DNA of 64,000 nt from Candidatus Cloacimonadales bacterium (lineage in GTDB: Bacteria > Cloacimonadota > Cloacimonadia > Cloacimonadales > JAFGVF01): NCBI GenBank assembly GCA_963663475.2, contig CAXXJV010000002.1:128001-192000 (forward strand), written 5' to 3'. The notes below the pieces were generated by a model. That model was not told where the DNA came from. It saw only the letters and a list, made by a program, of their open reading frames with translations, and ran no database searches. The stretch's first letter is position 1; every line of letters starts with the position of its first letter. This document shows, in pieces, positions 30,828 to 41,000 of the stretch. A program made the position numbers and the translations under genes.

Positions 30828-33489
30828 AATCATCATCTTCAATGTCAATGTAGTCTGATAGACCTAAGAAGTCTTTAATAATATCTTTACTCCTAGTTAG
30901 AGCATTTTTCTTCTTAACATTCTTATATGATTTTTTGCTTGGAAAAGCATTTTTTAGGGAATTATCAATATTATTAGAGCTCTCATCATCGTATTCGTCA
31001 GGTTTTTGCTTGAACCTTTTTTTCTTTTTCTTAGAACCATCTTCCAGGGTATAGTAATAATATTCATAGCTATAGGAGTAATAATCATAGTAGGCTGTAT
31101 CAAAGATATCTTTCACTATTCCATTGGCAATGAAACCTGAGCAGACGGTATTAACCATGGCTAATTTTCTGATAATTCTATTAATACTTTTAAGGGTTGT
31201 AGTATTTATTTTAGCAGTAAGCAAGGTATAATCTAAATGACTAACAAGCACAGAGGTTTCTGGGAAGTACATATAAGCTGGAGTATCGATGATAACTATA
31301 TCTGCGAAGGATTTAATAGCTTTTATATAATCTCCAAATTTATCACTATGGTAGAGTTTATTGACACTTGGAGGCAGTTTACCTGATGGTAAGATAAAGA
31401 GGTTTTCGAAACGAGTTTCAATGATAGCGTCTTCTAGGTCTACTTGTTCTGTTACTACTTCTGAGAAACCAGGTAGATTTTTGAAATCATAATAACGAGA
31501 CACTCTTGGATTATAAAAATCAGCATCTACTAGCAGTACTTTTGTATTATTTCTAGCTAAAGCAACAGCTAGGTAATTTGAGATAGTAGATTTACCTTCA
31601 CCTTTAATGGAAGAGATAATTCCAACTAGGTTATTCTCTTTGTTCATGATCATATACTTAAAGTTGAGAGCAATCTCATTAAAGACAGATAATACTGAAT
31701 CCTTTAATTGATTGTTTTCCTTAGTGTCTTTCTGAGTAAGAATATCTAAATCCATAGGACTAAAGTCAAGTTTTGGTACAAGACCTACCATAGGTATTGC
31801 CGGAAATTCTTTTTCTAAGGTTTTAACTGTTCTAATTTTGTTATCAAACATATTAAGAAGCATAGCTAAACCAAAGCCAAGACCTAGGCCTAAAATAGTT
31901 CCAATTAATAAGTTTAATTTAAGCTTATTATTAGATGGTTTAGAAGGTACAGTAGCTTGTTCTAATTGAACTATTCTATAAGCATCTATGCTAGAACTTA
32001 ATCTCATCTCACTAAGTTGAGTTTGCAAATTTATTATGATAGCACTTAAAGCATCTTTCTGTCTGTGAAGATCATTTAACAGAGAAGAAACTTCAGGGTT
32101 TAACTCCATACTCTTAATAATTCGTGCTAAAGCAATTTTCCTTTGGGAAAGAGAGATAACTTTTGTTTCTGATTTGATCAAATCTGATAGAATTTGTTGC
32201 TTTAATGGATTATTACCAACACTTTTTAATTGAACATTCTGCTCAGCACCTTCTTCAATTAAAGTGGTTATATTTGCAATATTTCTTCTGATACCAATAA
32301 CTTTAGGATGGTTTTCTCCATAGGAAGTTAAAGCTCTAGCAAGATCAACTTCGAGATTGAGAAGTCTCATTTTAAGGGGTTCACTGTAGGTTGTTTCGGT
32401 AGTATATTCCGAATCTTCTTCTTTTAATCTTTGTTTTAATGCTCGAATATTGGCATTTTCTGATTCAAGTTCAACCTCTGTACTTGAGAGTATGTCTTTA
32501 AAACTAGATAAACGCTTAAAATTATCTTCAATATCACCAGAAAAATTTTTAAAATTATGTTTTCTATAGAGATTTTCAATAGCTACATTTAGAGAATCTA
32601 ATTCCCTATTATTCCTGTCTAATTGCTCTTCTAAATAGCGGATAGTCTGAGCATAGTTATCATTTCTGATAGACATATCATAGTCATTGACTGCGTAATA
32701 GTAGTAATTAGCAATCTGGGCTGCGATATTAGGGTTTGTGTGGGTAGAAGTGAGGTTAATGACTCTTTCTTCATCTCTTAAGGTAGAGGTCTCTAGAGAA
32801 GCTTTAATAGCTCCTGGAGAAACAATTCCTTCCATATAACGAGATACTCTAGTAGCTACATCAGATGATTCGATAATCTGTATCCAAGTAGAAAGTTTCA
32901 TTTGTTCTTTAAGAACAGGTTTCTGATTAATAACTTTAAGTTCCATAATGTCATTATTAATCAAGAGTTTAGTAGTTGCCTTGTAGATAGGAGTCTGGTT
33001 TATTGAGTAAATATAGGCTGCTAAAATTAAAGCAATTGTTACTAAAATTATCATAAACTTATAACGATAAGCAATCTCTAAATAATCCATGATATTTATT
33101 TCATCTTCAAATATGTTCTTCTTAGGTGGAGCAGGGGGATAATTTGTATAGCGATTTACTTGGTCATTGTTTAGAGAAGAAGTCTGTTGATTTGAACCTG
33201 TATCTGGATTATTCACAAAATCAGTTCCATAAGAACCAATATTGGCTGGCTGATTAATTTCTAAATTAGTCTGATTAGTTACTTGCTGATTAGTTTGGTC
33301 AATATTATTGCTCTTAAGATTAGACTGTAGATCAGGAGAACCATCCTTTTTTTCACTTCTATTAACGAAAACAGATTTTTTCCCATCTTCATTTTTCTCA
33401 GAAGTAAAAGCATTTTTATCAATCTCGCTAGCTTTAGCAGCTGCTCTCATTGATCTTAATTCTGCAATAGATATTTTTTTATCTGCCAT
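30814..33489 (-). CDS. wzc: Wzc-type polysaccharide co-polymerase / BY-kinase
   Basis: Wzz-like TM-periplasmic-TM region (YGENHPKV); Walker A KGEGKST, A' LLVDAD, B IIDTP; Tyr cluster. Confidence 0.92.
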   Translation of the reverse strand: MADKKISIAELRSMRAAAKASEIDKNAFTSEKNEDGKKSVFVNRSEKKDGSPDLQSNLKSNNIDQTNQQVTNQTNLEINQPANIGSYGTDFVNNPDTGSNQQTSSLNNDQVNRYTNYPPAPPKKNIFEDEINIMDYLEIAYRYKFMIILVTIALILAAYIYSINQTPIYKATTKLLINNDIMELKVINQKPVLKEQMKLSTWIQIIESSDVATRVSRYMEGIVSPGAIKASLETSTLRDEERVINLTSTHTNPNIAAQIANYYYYAVNDYDMSIRNDNYAQTIRYLEEQLDRNNRELDSLNVAIENLYRKHNFKNFSGDIEDNFKRLSSFKDILSSTEVELESENANIRALKQRLKEEDSEYTTETTYSEPLKMRLLNLEVDLARALTSYGENHPKVIGIRRNIANITTLIEEGAEQNVQLKSVGNNPLKQQILSDLIKSETKVISLSQRKIALARIIKSMELNPEVSSLLNDLHRQKDALSAIIINLQTQLSEMRLSSSIDAYRIVQLEQATVPSKPSNNKLKLNLLIGTILGLGLGFGLAMLLNMFDNKIRTVKTLEKEFPAIPMVGLVPKLDFSPMDLDILTQKDTKENNQLKDSVLSVFNEIALNFKYMIMNKENNLVGIISSIKGEGKSTISNYLAVALARNNTKVLLVDADFYNPRVSRYYDFKNLPGFSEVVTEQVDLEDAIIETRFENLFILPSGKLPPSVNKLYHSDKFGDYIKAIKSFADIVIIDTPAYMYFPETSVLVSHLDYTLLTAKINTTTLKSINRIIRKLAMVNTVCSGFIANGIVKDIFDTAYYDYYSYSYEYYYYTLEDGSKKKKKRFKQKPDEYDDESSNNIDNSLKNAFPSKKSYKNVKKKNALTRSKDIIKDFLGLSDYIDIEDDDYDDI

Positions 33490-33492
33490 TAG

Positions 33493-34326
33493 TTACTGCC
33501 CATTGTTTTCTAAATCTTGAAAGACAATTTCTACTAAGTCTTTATCGATAAGTTTGATAGATTCCATAGAGGCTATATCCATGGATATTTTGCAAACTCG
33601 GTTAATTTCTCTTGGAATTCCGTTAGTTTTAGCATGGATTAAGTTTCTTGCTTCAGGAGAAAAAACATGGCTTTCTGCACCTGCTATCTTTAATCTATGC
33701 TGAATATATTTACTAGTCTCATTTGCTGAAAGATGGGAAAGATGGTAACGCATACCTATTCTTTGGTTGACTTGAGGTAACTTTTCAACATTTTTAATTA
33801 AAGATGGTTGACCTATCAAGATGATAATAATTGGACTATCAAAACCAAAGGTTATATTGGTTAAATCTTTTAAATAATCAAGGTCTCGAGAGGCAATTTT
33901 CTGAGCTTCATCAAATAAAAGAAAGAGTCTATTATTTGAGCTATTGAGTTTTTTTTCTAGAAGTTTTCTTAATTTAATTTCTAAAGAATATCTACGGGAA
34001 GGTAGGTTATCAGGGTCTTCTTTAGTTAGCTGATAGAGGGTTTCTTTCATTATCTCAGCAAAACTGTAGGAAGTAGAATTGATATTAACAAGCATGTTGT
34101 CAGGATTTTCTGTTTTTAAAGATTCAATAAGAACTAGTTTTGTAATAGTTTTTCCTGTGCCTACATCACCACTCAGCATTCCCATATTCATAGAACCTGA
34201 TTCTGTAACGTAATGCAGACGTTCTAGTGCTTCTAAATGGTCAGAACTTTTATAGTAAAATCTTGGGTCGTTGTTATCCTGAAAAGGAGGGATTTTTAAG
34301 TTCCAAAAGGAATAATAATCTATCAT
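33493..34326 (-). CDS. ExeA/GspA-type AAA+ ATPase
   Basis: YYSFWNL..PPF...DPRFYY.S..H.EAL, GDVGTGKT, LFDEAQ, LIGQP, QRI, GIPREIN. Confidence 0.9.
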   Translation of the reverse strand: MIDYYSFWNLKIPPFQDNNDPRFYYKSSDHLEALERLHYVTESGSMNMGMLSGDVGTGKTITKLVLIESLKTENPDNMLVNINSTSYSFAEIMKETLYQLTKEDPDNLPSRRYSLEIKLRKLLEKKLNSSNNRLFLLFDEAQKIASRDLDYLKDLTNITFGFDSPIIIILIGQPSLIKNVEKLPQVNQRIGMRYHLSHLSANETSKYIQHRLKIAGAESHVFSPEARNLIHAKTNGIPREINRVCKISMDIASMESIKLIDKDLVEIVFQDLENNGQ

Positions 34327-35015
34327 TAGCTTTCCTCTTTTCTCTGTTTGCTAAGTTTAATCTCAACTCTTCTATTCTTTTCTCTATTTATTTCAGTATC
34401 ATTTGGGGCAATAGGTTTAAATTCTCCATAGCCCATAATCTGCAATTGATCAGCAGAAAAATAATTATTTCTTAAGAAAAATTTAACTATACTAAGAGCT
34501 CTTGCTGTTGATAGCTCCCAGTTAGAAGCATACTTAGTAGTTGATATGGGAATATTATCAGTATGACCTTCTATTCTAATACTCCAACTGTCGCCGTCAT
34601 CAATTATGCTTTGTATTTCTTTAGCAATATCTAAAAGAGTGGACTGTGAGTTCCATTTTAAATCTGCCTTACCACTTTCAAACAAAATTTCTCCTGGAAT
34701 GGAAATAACTTTTTCATTGAGGTCAGAAACTTCTTCATAGAGAGTTGAATCAACTGCTACTTCATTTTCTGATAGTATCTTCTGGGCTTGCTGATCAGCA
34801 ACATTTTGCCAGCCTATTTCAGTGTCTTTTATTAAATAGAAAAAAACAAAGAATATTAAGAGAAGGGTCATCATATCAGAGTAGGGAACTAAGCTCACAT
34901 AAAAACCTGAAAAATCACTCTCAGGGCTGTCAAAATCTTGCCCTTTATGCTGATCTTCTGCAATATCATATTTGTTAGTCTTGATTTTATCCCTATCCTT
35001 TAAAGAATTAAACAT
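34326..35015 (-). CDS. motB: MotB/PomB stator subunit
   Basis: TM PYSDMMTLLLIFFV with the conserved Asp; OmpA-like domain EGHTDN, NWELSTARA, GYGEFKP, NRRVEI. Confidence 0.92.
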   Translation of the reverse strand: MFNSLKDRDKIKTNKYDIAEDQHKGQDFDSPESDFSGFYVSLVPYSDMMTLLLIFFVFFYLIKDTEIGWQNVADQQAQKILSENEVAVDSTLYEEVSDLNEKVISIPGEILFESGKADLKWNSQSTLLDIAKEIQSIIDDGDSWSIRIEGHTDNIPISTTKYASNWELSTARALSIVKFFLRNNYFSADQLQIMGYGEFKPIAPNDTEINREKNRRVEIKLSKQRKEES

Positions 35016-35745
35016 AAATCTTTTCTAGACCTGCTTTAATCAATTCTGAGTTCTTTTTGTTCATAATTCCGATTACACCTTCAATGATAATTTTCCTACT
35101 CATAAAGGAATATTCAGCCTTGCTGGCTAGTTTACCTGACATAGGTCTGAAGATAACAACAGATATAATTAGTCCATAAAGGGTAGTAACTAAGGCCAAA
35201 CTCATGGCTTTAGGAATGACTGTTGGGTTGGTAATATTTCCTAACATAGCAATCAAACCAATAACTGTTCCTATCATTCCAAAGAGAGGGGCAATATTAC
35301 TGGCAACTGAAAATATTTTAGCTGAATTCTTATGCTTATTCAAAATAGAATAAGATTCTTTTTCTAATAATCTGGGTATTTCTTCGGCAGGAAGATTATC
35401 AGTAATTAACTTTAAAGCATTTCTAAAAAATGGTAACTTCTGAACTTCATCGTAGTCCATGATTTCCTTGATAGTAACAGAACGAGAATCTTTACTAATG
35501 GAAACTATAGTATCTACTAGGTCATCATGACTATATTGATCTTGTGGGTTACTATGAAAGAAGTCCTTTAGAGCTCTCATAAGAGAAGTAGCTGAATAAG
35601 TGCTTATTAAAGATGTAATGGTTCCACCAAAAGTTACCAAAAGAGCTATGGGATCCAAATAAGAACTAAGGTCTCCTTTATTATTAATAGCAATAAAGAG
35701 TATTAAAACACAGAGAAACCCACCAATAAAAGTAGAAATTTTCAT
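35008..35745 (-). CDS. motA: MotA/PomA stator subunit
   Basis: 4-TM MotA layout: LLVTFGGT, APLFGMIGTVIGLIAML, ALVTTLYG, IIIEGV. Confidence 0.92.
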   Translation of the reverse strand: MKISTFIGGFLCVLILFIAINNKGDLSSYLDPIALLVTFGGTITSLISTYSATSLMRALKDFFHSNPQDQYSHDDLVDTIVSISKDSRSVTIKEIMDYDEVQKLPFFRNALKLITDNLPAEEIPRLLEKESYSILNKHKNSAKIFSVASNIAPLFGMIGTVIGLIAMLGNITNPTVIPKAMSLALVTTLYGLIISVVIFRPMSGKLASKAEYSFMSRKIIIEGVIGIMNKKNSELIKAGLEKIYV

Positions 35746-35757
35746 AAATTAAAATCC

Positions 35758-37140
35758 TTAATAGTTTAGTATATAACGTATTTTTTGAAGTGAATGATTT
35801 ATAATTTTTTCAGCTTCATCTTCTTGAATTTTACCGATTACTTCCATATCTTCTTTAAGAATAATAACAGCTCTTTCTGATAATTGAGAGAAAAACTTCT
35901 GCCTAATATTATCTGGCAAGCATTTAAGGAACTGTACCATTTCTAAATGACTAAACTCACTGTTAATCTGCTCAATTTGGACATTCTTGAGATTTAAAAT
36001 ATCATCCATTAGGAATATTTTCTGTTTAACTTGCTCAGCAATTTCTGGTTTTAACTCTTTTAACTTGTTGAAAAGAGTTTGGGCTACACTCAATGAAGAA
36101 GAATTGATAAAGTTTATCATTGTCTTCACATTGTTAATTTTAACAGGATTTTTATCAAGGGCTTCCAGATACTTCTGATACATTCCAACAACCATAATTT
36201 TCATGTCTAATTGCAGAATATTTTCCATCTCTATTATATGTTTCAAGACTTCATCAATAGATCCATCATAAAATTTGAAAAAGTAATCGACCTTACTAGC
36301 TTCAACCTGTGTCAAGATTAAAGCGATTTCACGAGGATTCTCGTTTTTCACAATAGAGAGAAAATTACTGTTAGATAATTCATTAAGGAAATCAAGATTG
36401 GTATTCTCAGCCTCATCATCATCCTTGAGTAATTTTACCTGTAGAGGTTTATTTGAACCTCCTGAAAGCTGATTATTTGCAGCTGATTCTGCACTTTTGA
36501 ACATTTGAAAATCTCTAGTTTCCCCTAACTTTAGCTGGTCAAGGTTAGATATCTTTATTCTTCTTAGGGACTTAGCAATGATTCTTGTTGAATTTCTAAT
36601 ATTATTAATTATCAACATAGCTAAAAGAAAAGCTATGAGTAATAATACGTTTCTAAAATTAAAGAGGGAAGAACTAGCACTAGTAACCAGGGGTAGGTCT
36701 GCTCTAATAGATACTTGGTCCTGAGTTACTAATTCTTGGGAAGAAGTGTTTATGACGATTTCTTCAATCTCTTTAAGTAGCTCTTCTTTAGTGTCTTCTG
36801 GAACCCGCACCATAATCGATAATTTTGTTATTTCAGTAGGTGCATAGTCGCTTAGATCTATGTTAGGCATTGAAGAATCACTCTTACCAACTGGTAATCC
36901 TGGTAGACTTAATTTCTCATCAAGTCTTAAATTACCTTGGTTTGACTCAAATAGATTATACTTTAAATCTAAATCTACAAAGACAATCGCTCTATCAACA
37001 AAAATACTTAAATTTTTCTCTATTCTCTCAGCTAACTCATTTTCTGCCTTTATTTCTCCTAGCGAGTTTTTAGGAGTTGCTGTCAGTAGTGTGTTAGTGC
37101 AAAAGAATAGTGCTAAGATTAATCCAATATATGATTTCAT
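35758..37140 (-). CDS. FliF-RBM-like / TM / FliG middle+C-terminal fusion protein
   Basis: Signal peptide from ATG 37140 (AGGGG RBS); TM NVLLLIAFLLAMLII; FliG motifs ENPREIALIL, PEIAEQVKQKIFLMDDI, SQLSERAVIILKEDME. Confidence 0.8.
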   Translation of the reverse strand: MKSYIGLILALFFCTNTLLTATPKNSLGEIKAENELAERIEKNLSIFVDRAIVFVDLDLKYNLFESNQGNLRLDEKLSLPGLPVGKSDSSMPNIDLSDYAPTEITKLSIMVRVPEDTKEELLKEIEEIVINTSSQELVTQDQVSIRADLPLVTSASSSLFNFRNVLLLIAFLLAMLIINNIRNSTRIIAKSLRRIKISNLDQLKLGETRDFQMFKSAESAANNQLSGGSNKPLQVKLLKDDDEAENTNLDFLNELSNSNFLSIVKNENPREIALILTQVEASKVDYFFKFYDGSIDEVLKHIIEMENILQLDMKIMVVGMYQKYLEALDKNPVKINNVKTMINFINSSSLSVAQTLFNKLKELKPEIAEQVKQKIFLMDDILNLKNVQIEQINSEFSHLEMVQFLKCLPDNIRQKFFSQLSERAVIILKEDMEVIGKIQEDEAEKIINHSLQKIRYILNY

Positions 37141-37751
37141 TAAACTTACCCCTATTGTGGCAAGAATGAGAAATAAGCTAATTTTGGCAAGCACTTTTTT
37201 TTATAATCTTTATAATTCTGCAAAATTTGCATGTTTATGGTTATTATAAACTCAAAATGTCTCCCAAAAATAATGTTAAAATAATATAGTAAAATGTAGA
37301 TTATATCTATGTTAAACAGAAAGATAAGCTGAATATATAGAAATGAAATACTTATCTAAATTAGCAAAATGTCTTCTAAAAGTATCCATTTAGAAGGGAG
37401 ATTAATATTTTCTATACAATCTGCAAATTTAAGAGTCTATTTCCTAATAAACCCTAATATTGCTAGAGAATTTAGCCAATGTACTTATTTCTAATATTCT
37501 ACTATTTTCCCCGAGCTTACAGTCTGAATTTTTCTTTTAAGGAGTCTATCCTAACCAGCGAGTATTCAATGAATAATACATAAATTAATGCAAATAATTA
37601 AGTCTTAATTTTCATTATCCAACAAAGATACTACCAGTAAAAATATAGTGACAATACAAAGATAAATTCATTGATAAAAAAAACTGTTAATTCTTTCTTC
37701 TAGTAATGTGCCTATGGCTCACCTGTGTTTTGTTTCCCTTAGCCATGACTA

Positions 37752-37814
37752 ATCCTTCCTTTACAGTCTTTCGATGAAAGTCCAGGTTTCATCGAAAGAC
37801 TGTAAAGGAAGGAT
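37752..37814. repeat. Perfect 28 bp inverted repeat with 7 nt loop, repeat B copy 2
   Basis: Arms identical to 1172-1232; loop gtccagg. Confidence 0.95.
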
Positions 37815-38058
37815 CAAGGATGAACCAAGGGTAAAAAACATAATTTCGGAAGGTGAAAATCATTTTAAAGCAATATAAAAACATGTTTATAATTTGCTAG
37901 TTAAAAAATATTTAATATAACTACTATAAATCTACAAAAATAAAATAAATTAAAAATAATCAAGAAATGCAAGCAGAATATTCTCTTGAATCCTATTTTT
38001 TTATTGACTATGATGCTTGTCTAAATATTATCAGCCCATAAATCATAGGAGCACTTTA

Positions 38059-41000
38059 ATGAAGTTATTTATAGCTAAAAATAAGACTATTCTTGTACTT
38101 GCTTATCTCTTAATGTTTGCTACTTTTCTCGCTGGAAACAAGCAGTTTGATCTAAACAGTTGGCAAGGAAACTATAATGTTAAAGGGAAAAATGCTTTTG
38201 ATCAATTTGGTTATCAAATTATGTCTGGTGACTTTAATGGCGATGGAATTGATGATATTATTGCCTCAAGTCCTTCAGCTGATCCATTAGGTAGAAACTC
38301 TGCAGGAGAAGTCTATATTTTTTGGGGTAATGAACAGAGTGAACAGTCTGTCAACATAGATTTAAGTTCTGCTACTGCAGATGTAACCATTATAGGGGCA
38401 GCAAGTGGAGACAAACTAGGCTACTCAATAGCTACCGGATCCTTTAATGGTGATAGCTATAGAGATTTTGCTATATCAGCTCCTTATAGCAATAATGGGC
38501 AGACTCTCCAAACTGGTTCTGTTTACTTATTTTATGGAGGCACAAATCTAGCAGGGACTATTGATTTAAGTATCGATACAGCCCAACACCACTTTCTGGG
38601 ACAAACAACAAATGATTATCTCGGGCAAGAATTAATCTTTACAGACCTTAATAATGACAATAAGGATGAATTAGTAATTTCTGCTCCTGAAGGAGATAAA
38701 GCAGAACTTAATAATTGTGGTTTGGTTTATCTTATATGGTCTCATGAAAGTTATGGACAAACAGTTAATTTATCACAAGCTAGTAATATTTCATTTTTGG
38801 CTGGTTTGTCTATTAATGATAATTTAGGACGATCCCTAGCAAGTGCCAATATTAATAATGATCTTTTTCAAGACTTACTTTTAGGAGCTCCTGGAGTTGA
38901 TGAGGAGAGTCTGATAAATAACGGGAGTGTATATCTTCTTAAAGGGCGGACTTTCTTTCCTTATGGGGAAATATCCCTAGTTAATGATAATTTTATTGAA
39001 ACTGAAATTAAGGGAGGCTTTCATTCCTCAAATTTAGGAAGGACTATGGCTGCTGGTGATATTAATGGAGATGGATTTGGAGATATTAGTCTAAGTGATT
39101 TTTCTCAAAATAGCGCTTCTAATCTGGTTTATATCGTCTATGGAAGCAATTCTCTAGCTAGCTCAATGAGCCTTAACGATGAATCAGCTAATATAAAGAT
39201 ATCTCATCAAGGAATCTCAGATAATTTATTTGCAACAAATCTCTTTATTGGTAATGTAAATCAAACCAGTCCCGAAGATTTAATAATTTCTTCTCCTCAG
39301 GCTTTTTCCAATAATGGTAATGAAAGTGGCTTAGTACATGTTCTTTATGGAAGAAATCAGTTTGAAACAAGCTATGATTTAGCACTAGATTCTTACGATG
39401 AGATATATCATGGACAGGTAGCTAATGCAAATTTGGGTTCTGCTCTAGCTTTAGCTGATTTTAACAATGACCTTAAAACAGATATATTCCTAGGTTCAAT
39501 CAATGCAGGTAATACTAAAGGTTCTCTTTATGGAGTCTATGGAGGAATACCATGGGCCTGGAACCTACTGCCAACTGACGGAGCAAGCAATGTTGATATT
39601 GATCAAGCAATAGCTTTTTCCTTGTCTGATGACCAGCAAATAGACTTAAACTCTCTTAATGTTAATATTGCTGGAACAGCTTATGATATCAATTCTAATA
39701 ATCTCTCCTATAGTGGTTCTGGAAACTTTTATAGGATAACAATTGTACCAGAAGCCTATTTTGGTTATAATCAGATAATCAATGTAAGTATTCAAGCAAG
39801 TGATAATGAAGGTTGGCAGATACCAACAAGCAATTATAGATTTTTTACTAGAGAAGATACTGATCCACCCTTTACTAACCAATGGTTACCAGCTCCTGAC
39901 CAACAAGGAGTTCCAATTGATACTAATATTGAATTTAATGTCTATGATTTAGGAGAAGGGGTTAATCTATCCTCAATTATCGTTAATATTGATGGAACAA
40001 ACTACTATTCTGGTTCTCCTTACTTCTCTCACTTAGGGCAAGTTAATAATTTTAGAATTATAGTTAATCCACCAGACAACTTTTCTTTTGGACAAGAAGT
40101 TTTTGTTACAATTGATTGCCAAGATTTAGCTCCCCTCCCTAATTCTATGTCCACCTTTAGTTATTCATTTATATGTGGACAGGATAACTCAGCTCCATCA
40201 ATTATTGTGATTGAGCCTAGTTATGGGGAAGAGGTGGCCAGAACTAATATCTTATCTGTTGAGGTAGCTGATAGTGAATCAAATCTTAACCAGAACTCCT
40301 TAATCTTTAGACTAGATAATGAAAATATCTTACCATTCTCAGATATTCAAACTCTTAGTAATGGCAATCTAAAAGTTACTTATAATCCTTTAGAAAATCA
40401 GTTATTAACTTATGGACAAAGAGAGATTTATTTTTATGTGGAAGATGCTTCAACTAATGCTAATAGTATTGATACAACTTCTGTTTTTACTGTGATAGCA
40501 GATAATCAAGCCCCCTATACAGCTAATCATTTCCCAGAAAAGTTCTCTGTAGATAATCCAACTAATAGCCAATTTAAGATTGATGTTTTTGATTTGCTCA
40601 GTGGTATCGATCTTACAACTTTATCAATAAAAATTAATGATGTAGAAATTAGTCTCAGTGAAACTACTTCAATATCTGCCCTCAATAATGGATATAGGGT
40701 CATTTATAACCCACCTGAAAGACTTGTGGGGGAGGTATCGGTAGAAGTTCAAGTAAGCGACTTAGAAAATCCAGCTAATACCATGCCTTTAGAAAGCTAT
40801 ACATTTACAACTTCTTTAGATGAAGATGCTCCTTATATTAGTGATTTGTATCCTGAGGAAGGGGCGGTTAATATACCCATAGATGCTAATCTTTCCTTTA
40901 AACTTTATGATGATAAAACAGGGGTAGATAGGTCGTCTATCCAAGTTTTAATAAATGATAATGATGTTAGCCAAGATTTGAATATTGCTACTATTTCAGG

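Noticed and set aside
34326-35745. Zorya (ZorAB) or ExbBD/TolQR reading of the stator genes
   Set aside because: MotA is short with no ZorA tail, there are no zorC/D/E genes, MotB has an OmpA domain unlike ExbD/TolR, and a FliG-like gene is adjacent.
37320-37620. Possible decayed gene on the minus strand (MKIKT*LFALIYVLF...IDSLKEK)
   Set aside because: Multiple stops and AT-rich sequence; cannot be supported without a tBLASTn/BLASTX hit.
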